The notes under the pieces are model-generated. The model was not told the origin of the DNA. It searched no databases and worked only from the letters and a program-made list of their open reading frames with translations. Positions 58,790-64,000 of a stretch of DNA of 64,000 nt are shown in pieces (the stretch's first letter is position 1; each line of letters starts with the position of its first letter). Location of the stretch: contig CAVTQH010000002.1 in assembly GCA_963736875.1 (NCBI GenBank), positions 69,294 through 133,293 on the forward strand, read 5' to 3'. The position numbers and the translations under genes were made by a program. The stretch is from Candidatus Amesbacteria bacterium. GTDB taxonomy: Bacteria; Patescibacteriota; Microgenomatia; CAZETR01; Amesbacteraceae.

Positions 58790-60568
58790 ATGCATAACAT
58801 CAGGAATTTTGCCATTATTGCCCATATTGATCACGGTAAATCCACTTTGGCGGATCGCCTTCTGGAAATTACACATACCATATCCCCCAGAGAGATGCAA
58901 AATCAGCTTTTGGACAGTAATCCCATCGAAAGAGAACGGGGGATTACTATAAAACTGGCGCCTGTTCGTATGGAATATACTTTAAATAATCAAAGTTACA
59001 TTTTAAATTTAATTGATACTCCGGGACATGTCGACTTTTCTTACGAAGTCAGCCGTTCACTGGCCGCTTGCGAGGGAGCCATCTTGATAGTAGACGCCAC
59101 TCAGGGCGTGCAGGCTCAGACACTGGCCCATTACCAGCAAGCCTCGAAATTAGGTCTGACGATTATTCCTGTTGTAAATAAAATCGACATAACCACGGCG
59201 GATATATCAGGGACTATTTCTCAGATATGTGAAATATTTGGTTTCAAATCAAATCAAATTCTGCAAATTTCAGCTAAAACCGGAGAGGGTATTGAAAAGC
59301 TTATAGAATCTATCATTAATCAAATCCCTTGCCCCAAGGGTTTACCGGACGGTGTTACCAGAGCCTTGGTTTTTAATTCCAATTTTGATTCTCACTTGGG
59401 AGTCATTGCCTGGGTTAGGGTTATCGATGGGCAGATTTCAGGCCGGGATCAGTTATTTTTATTAGGTACTAAAAGCACCACAACTGTGGTCGAAGTCGGA
59501 GTTTTTATCCCTCAAAGAAAGACAATTCCCTGTTTAAAAACAGGAGAGGTGGGATTTGTGGTAACCGGCTTACGTGATATATCGGATTTAACAGTGGGGG
59601 ACACTCTGTGCGGAAATTCCCGGGCTGTCTCACTACCCGGTTATCAACCGGTTAAACCTGTGGTATATGTCAGTTTTTATCCTATCGATGGTTCGGAAAT
59701 AAATACTCTGAGGGATGCTCTGAGCAAATTACGTCTTCAGGACAGCTCACTTCAGTTTCTTCCAGAATTTTCCCCCGCCTTAGGCAACGGCTTCCGGGTT
59801 GGATTATTGGGTATGTTGCACGCTGATATTGTTCAGGAGAGAATCGAACGGGAATACGGACTGAGTTTGATAGCAGCAGCCCCGTCAGTTGAATATGAAA
59901 TTCAAAAAAAGAACGGGGAAGTAATTCATATTTCCAAAGCTATGGATTTACCCGATCCGTCTCAGGTGGAGCAGATCCGTGAACCGGCTATCCGCCTTTC
60001 CCTGTTTGTCCCGGCTGATTTTGTAGGTAATACCATTCAGTTATGTCAGGATCATCGGGGGGAGCTTCGGGATATGAAATACCTTGGTCGTCTTGTCCAC
60101 CTCACTTATTCCATGCCTTTGGTTGAGCTGATTCATCAGTTTTATGACCGTTTGAAAAGTCTGACTCAGGGATATGCAACTTTGGATTATGAGTTATCCG
60201 GGTTTGTTAACGCTGATTTAGTAAAACTGGATGTTCTGGTTGCCGGTGATGTGATCGATTCTCTATCTCAAATAGTTCCCAGATCCAGAAGTCCGTATAT
60301 TGCCCGTGAATTAGTGGAAAAACTTAAAAATCTGATTCCCCGGGCACAATTTGAAATTCCGATTCAGGCAGCTATCGGCAGTCACATTTTGGCCAGAGCT
60401 GATCTCAAAGGTTTCAGAAAGGACGTTACAGCCAAACTCTCCGGAGGTGATCAGACTCGCAAGGACAAGCTGCTAAAAAAACAAAAAAAAGGGAAATCCC
60501 GGATGAAACGGGTGGGTAAAGTTGACTTACCCCAATCTGCCTTTCTCTCCATTCTTAAGATTTCCTGA
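58790..60568 (+). CDS. lepA: Translation elongation factor 4 (LepA)
   Basis: IRNFAIIAHIDHGKSTLADR, DTPGHVDF, GFRVGLLGMLH, RKDVTAKL.GGD.TRK. Confidence 0.97.
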   Translation: MHNIRNFAIIAHIDHGKSTLADRLLEITHTISPREMQNQLLDSNPIERERGITIKLAPVRMEYTLNNQSYILNLIDTPGHVDFSYEVSRSLAACEGAILIVDATQGVQAQTLAHYQQASKLGLTIIPVVNKIDITTADISGTISQICEIFGFKSNQILQISAKTGEGIEKLIESIINQIPCPKGLPDGVTRALVFNSNFDSHLGVIAWVRVIDGQISGRDQLFLLGTKSTTTVVEVGVFIPQRKTIPCLKTGEVGFVVTGLRDISDLTVGDTLCGNSRAVSLPGYQPVKPVVYVSFYPIDGSEINTLRDALSKLRLQDSSLQFLPEFSPALGNGFRVGLLGMLHADIVQERIEREYGLSLIAAAPSVEYEIQKKNGEVIHISKAMDLPDPSQVEQIREPAIRLSLFVPADFVGNTIQLCQDHRGELRDMKYLGRLVHLTYSMPLVELIHQFYDRLKSLTQGYATLDYELSGFVNADLVKLDVLVAGDVIDSLSQIVPRSRSPYIARELVEKLKNLIPRAQFEIPIQAAIGSHILARADLKGFRKDVTAKLSGGDQTRKDKLLKKQKKGKSRMKRVGKVDLPQSAFLSILKIS

Positions 60569-60571
60569 TAA

Positions 60572-61912
60572 TTATTTTGGTTCCAACTCGACTAAAACAA
60601 CAGTATTTGTCGTCATTGGTACATTTGTTTGTAAAATTGCCTCTGATGTGGCCACTTCAAGCACTGATGTGCTTCCCCCCAAAATTTTCTTATGCAATAT
60701 AAAATTTCTCTGCTGCAAACCCAAAAAACTTACCGGTACAACCTCACTATGATTTCCTCCCGGATCGTAATTCACTAATAATACCTGATATTTATTCTCG
60801 TTTTTTGCTCCGATGGCTTTTATCCAGGTTCCTTCCCCGCTGACCGATAACCTGGAACTTCCCAATTTAGTTAAAAGCCTTAAAGCCTCGTACCTGGGTT
60901 TTCCTATCATTCCCCAATTACCGGAGACTGCAAAATTAAACCCGTATTTTACCTGAAACATCAATTCCCTGGCGGTTGCTACCAGATGGGCCGCCCCGAT
61001 ATGTGTATCGTTTTCCTTCCCCATCTCACTTGTTGGTCCCATCTCCGTAACTATCTTTTCCAATCGGGAGAAATACGGATGTGCTTCAATCCACCGGTCA
61101 ACGCTTTTAACATCTTCCGCATACCTGTTAAGATTCAGATCGTACCGATGCCAGGAAAAGAAATCCAGTCTCAGCCGGTTTTTTAGCGCATAAGTTAAAA
61201 AAGTATCCACCCAATTTTTATAAAGTCCCGTAGTTGCCGGACCGCCGATTTTAAACGGTTTTACCCCTCTGGCCTGATTAGCTCCGGTAACCGCATAAGA
61301 ATATAAAGTCCGATAATCCTTTTTTCCTCTTAAGATCCATTTTCCGAATAAATCCGGTTCATTCCATACCTCATAATAAATATTCTCCAACCCCAGCTCT
61401 CCGCTAAAATGTTCAATGGTTTTTCTGACCACGGTTGACCACTCGCTCCAATTCTCCGGCACCGCCAGGATGTCTCCGTTTTTTGTTATAACAGGCGGCA
61501 TATAAGACAGTGAGAAAAACGGTAATGCTCCCGTATCCAAAATATTATTTACTGTTTTATCCAACTCCGCCCAATTAAAAACCAGCTTCCCCTGGTCACG
61601 GGAAACCACGGAAAATTCGTCATAAATATGATCGATTCTAATATAATCAGGTTTAACTTCCGCGACTTTTCCGGTTACTCCGTCTAAAAATCCTCTTAAA
61701 TTATCTCCTCCCTGGGCGAGTCCCTTCCACACAGTCGGCATCGGACCCAGCGGTTTATTGGTTTCTAATGCAATTGCCGCCAGTCTTCCCTCGGCTCCGG
61801 TAATATATCGTACTATCGTATTAGTTAGCTTTAAAAGACTAGGTAACACCAAAGCCAGTAACATAACTCCCGCCAAGGAAACCCACTGATCATGCCTTTT
61901 TCCCCGACTCAT
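60572..61912 (-). CDS. Membrane-anchored GH39-like glycoside hydrolase
   Basis: N-terminal TM; IRIDH, YYEVWNEPD (acid/base), IGGPA, DFFSWHRY, VTEMG (nucleophile). Confidence 0.82.
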   Translation of the reverse strand: MSRGKRHDQWVSLAGVMLLALVLPSLLKLTNTIVRYITGAEGRLAAIALETNKPLGPMPTVWKGLAQGGDNLRGFLDGVTGKVAEVKPDYIRIDHIYDEFSVVSRDQGKLVFNWAELDKTVNNILDTGALPFFSLSYMPPVITKNGDILAVPENWSEWSTVVRKTIEHFSGELGLENIYYEVWNEPDLFGKWILRGKKDYRTLYSYAVTGANQARGVKPFKIGGPATTGLYKNWVDTFLTYALKNRLRLDFFSWHRYDLNLNRYAEDVKSVDRWIEAHPYFSRLEKIVTEMGPTSEMGKENDTHIGAAHLVATARELMFQVKYGFNFAVSGNWGMIGKPRYEALRLLTKLGSSRLSVSGEGTWIKAIGAKNENKYQVLLVNYDPGGNHSEVVPVSFLGLQQRNFILHKKILGGSTSVLEVATSEAILQTNVPMTTNTVVLVELEPK

Positions 61913-61952
61913 GTGCTGATTCTACTTTAATTTTTAGTCGCAATAAAGCCTC

Positions 61953-61989
61953 TTGACAACCATTAGCACTCATGATAACTTATTGCTAA
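61953..61989 (+). promoter_or_regulatory. Sigma70 promoter overlapped by CIRCE operator
   Basis: TTGACA (61953)-N17-TAACTT with extended TG; TTAGCACTC-N9-TATTGCTAA at 61963-61989. Confidence 0.88.
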
Positions 61990-61991
61990 TT

Positions 61992-62723
61992 ATGAATTTG
62001 ACCAATCGTCAGACACAAATACTCAAAGCGATTATTGAAGAATACATTGCTACGGCTGAGCCGGTGGCCAGCGAACAACTGGAAAAAAAATATAACCTGG
62101 GAGTTTCCCCCGCGACTATCAGAAATGAAATGGTTAGTCTGACTGACGAAGGTCTGTTACGTCAGCCCCATACTTCAGCCGGACGGGTTCCTACTTCAAT
62201 AGCCCTGCGTTTTTATGTTGACAAATTGATGCAGGAGAAACAATTAAGTGTTGCAGAAGAGGTTTCAGCCAAGGAAAAAATTTGGGATTCCAGATTTGAC
62301 TTTGATCGTCTGATGCGCCAGGCTTCATTGGCTCTGGCCCAGGCTACCAAGGATTTAGCCATCGCAGCCACGGACCAGGGTGATATCTATTATGCAGGGG
62401 TATCAAATATTCTTGACATGCCGGAGTTTTTCGACATTGATGTTACACGGACGGTTTTATCACTATTGGATCAGCAGGCTCGTCTCAGCCAGCTATTTTT
62501 TCAGCGGACATACGGATCTGATCCGGTACACATAGTCTTTGGATCCGACTTGGGTTGGCCTTTCTTTGAACCGGTGGGTATGGCTTTTACACATTTTAAC
62601 GCCGGTCGTAATCGTCAGGGATCACTGGCTGTTGTTGGTCCGTACAGGCTTGATTTCCCCAGGATAATTCCCACTCTGCGTTATTTTTCCGATCTTATTT
62701 CCGAAATGAATAGTAACTGGTAA
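61992..62723 (+). CDS. hrcA: Heat-inducible transcription repressor HrcA (short form)
   Basis: ILKAIIEEYIATAEPVAS, VSPATIRNEM, QPHTSAGRVPT, VVGPYRLDF. Start ATG 61992. Confidence 0.95.
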   Translation: MNLTNRQTQILKAIIEEYIATAEPVASEQLEKKYNLGVSPATIRNEMVSLTDEGLLRQPHTSAGRVPTSIALRFYVDKLMQEKQLSVAEEVSAKEKIWDSRFDFDRLMRQASLALAQATKDLAIAATDQGDIYYAGVSNILDMPEFFDIDVTRTVLSLLDQQARLSQLFFQRTYGSDPVHIVFGSDLGWPFFEPVGMAFTHFNAGRNRQGSLAVVGPYRLDFPRIIPTLRYFSDLISEMNSNW

Positions 62724-62727
62724 TTGT

Positions 62728-63174
62728 ATGACTCAAATAAAAAACACCCATTTAATAAATCAAATAAAAACCCTGGACGAAAATTGGAAACGGGCACTGG
62801 CTGACTATCAAAATCTTCTCCGAAGGGTTGAAAGCGATAAACGGGAGTTTATCAAATTAGCCAATGCCAATTTAATCGCCAGATTGTTACCTTCTCTGGA
62901 TATCATGGAATTGTCCGCCGTTCATACCGAAGACTTGGGAGTTCAAATGGCAGCCAAACAATTTCATCAGGCTTTGACAGAGGAGGGTTTGCAGTTAATT
63001 GAACCGGCTCCGGACAGTTCGTTTGATCCGGCTCTTCATGAATGCAGTGAGACCCTTGATTTACCGGACGGGAAAGCCGAAAATACAATTTCGGAACTGG
63101 CGCTGAAAGGGTATCGAATCGGTGAGTACGTCTTACGCCCTGCAAAAGTAAAGGTTTATAAAAAGAAAAACTAA
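62728..63174 (+). CDS. grpE: Nucleotide exchange factor GrpE
   Basis: RALADYQNL, FDPALHE, KGY...VLRPAKVKV. Confidence 0.95.
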   Translation: MTQIKNTHLINQIKTLDENWKRALADYQNLLRRVESDKREFIKLANANLIARLLPSLDIMELSAVHTEDLGVQMAAKQFHQALTEEGLQLIEPAPDSSFDPALHECSETLDLPDGKAENTISELALKGYRIGEYVLRPAKVKVYKKKN

Positions 63175-63222
63175 ATATATTTACTTGAAATTTTTAAATT
63201 ATTAATTATAAATTAATAGAGT

Positions 63223-64000
63223 ATGTCAAAAATAATCGGAATAGATTTGGGAACCACCAACTCCTGCGTAGCTGTTATGGAAAGCGGGGGGGTAAAAGTG
63301 ATCCCGGCTGCTGATACCGGGAGAAACGTTACACCATCTGTAGTAGAACCTGTTAAAAATCTGGTTGGAGACGTAGCCAAACGTCAGGTGGTTCTAAATC
63401 CCAAAAACACCATTTACAGTATCAAACGTCTGATGGGCCGGAAGGTTACCGACCCGGAAGTAAAAAGGACCCAGGATATGGTTCCTTATAAAATTGTTTC
63501 CGGTAAAGACAATATGGTGACTGTTGAGGTGGAGGGAAAGCAATATACTCCCCAGGAAATATCCGCCAAAGTCCTTCAGGCCATGAAATCGCATGCTGAA
63601 GCTTATCTCGGCACCCCGGTTGACAGAGCGGTGATTACAGTCCCTGCATATTTTGATGATTCACAGCGTCAGGCCACCAAACAGGCCGGAGAAATTGCCG
63701 GACTAAAAGTTGAGAGAATTATTAACGAACCCACAGCCGCAGCTTTGGCTTATGGTCTGGACAAAAAAAATGCGCACACTGTAGCCGTTTACGATCTTGG
63801 CGGAGGGACTTTTGATATTTCTATTCTGGAGCTTGGCGATGGAGTTTTTGAAGTCAAAGCCACCAACGGAGATACTCATTTGGGCGGTGATGATTTTGAT
63901 GAAAAGATTATGGATTGGATAGTGGATGAATTTAAAAAAGACCATGGGATTGATCTGAAAAAAGATACTCAGGCCCTGCAGCGTCTCCGAGACGCTGCCG
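63223..64000 (+). CDS. dnaK: Chaperone DnaK (5' part; runs off window edge)
   Basis: Not in ORF track. [63 protein letters not shown]. Confidence 0.98.
   Translation, partial: MSKIIGIDLGTTNSCVAVMESGGVKVIPAADTGRNVTPSVVEPVKNLVGDVAKRQVVLNPKNTIYSIKRLMGRKVTDPEVKRTQDMVPYKIVSGKDNMVTVEVEGKQYTPQEISAKVLQAMKSHAEAYLGTPVDRAVITVPAYFDDSQRQATKQAGEIAGLKVERIINEPTAAALAYGLDKKNAHTVAVYDLGGGTFDISILELGDGVFEVKATNGDTHLGGDDFDEKIMDWIVDEFKKDHGIDLKKDTQALQRLRDAA

Noticed and set aside
63185-63215. Separate dnaK promoter (TTGAAA...TATAAA)
   Set aside because: The region is extremely AT-rich and the spacing is 16 nt; a chance match cannot be excluded.

Overview
Compact, housekeeping-rich bacterial chromosome segment. Gene content and architecture (DUF4012, DUF2298/GT-C cluster, short ValS and MetG, tiny intergenic spacers, no obvious Shine-Dalgarno sites) suggest a Patescibacteria/CPR, Microgenomates-like genome; this is inference. 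The window runs from a partial dnaA and the rpmH-rnpA-yidD-yidC-jag block through valS, a tsaC-tsaE fusion with tsaD, groES/EL, tRNA-Cys, cell-envelope glycosylation genes, metG, two UvrD-family helicases, femABX-like genes, pilN/pilO, rpsT, murJ and lepA to hrcA-grpE-dnaK (partial). Many conserved genes carry single-base frameshifts that look like long-read consensus errors. The most unusual locus is 18227-20953: a broken plus-strand gene reading RecB/Cas4-type nuclease, then CHC2 zinc finger, then Toprim (primase-like), interleaved with two antisense coding fragments, one of them a second PD-(D/E)XK nuclease domain. Other signals: -10 boxes 6-9 nt before start codons (leaderless mRNAs), single 8-bp bidirectional -10 elements between divergent genes, two CIRCE operators, and a GC skew that does not fit an origin at dnaA-rpmH. 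No CRISPR array, rRNA, integrase or transposase was seen.
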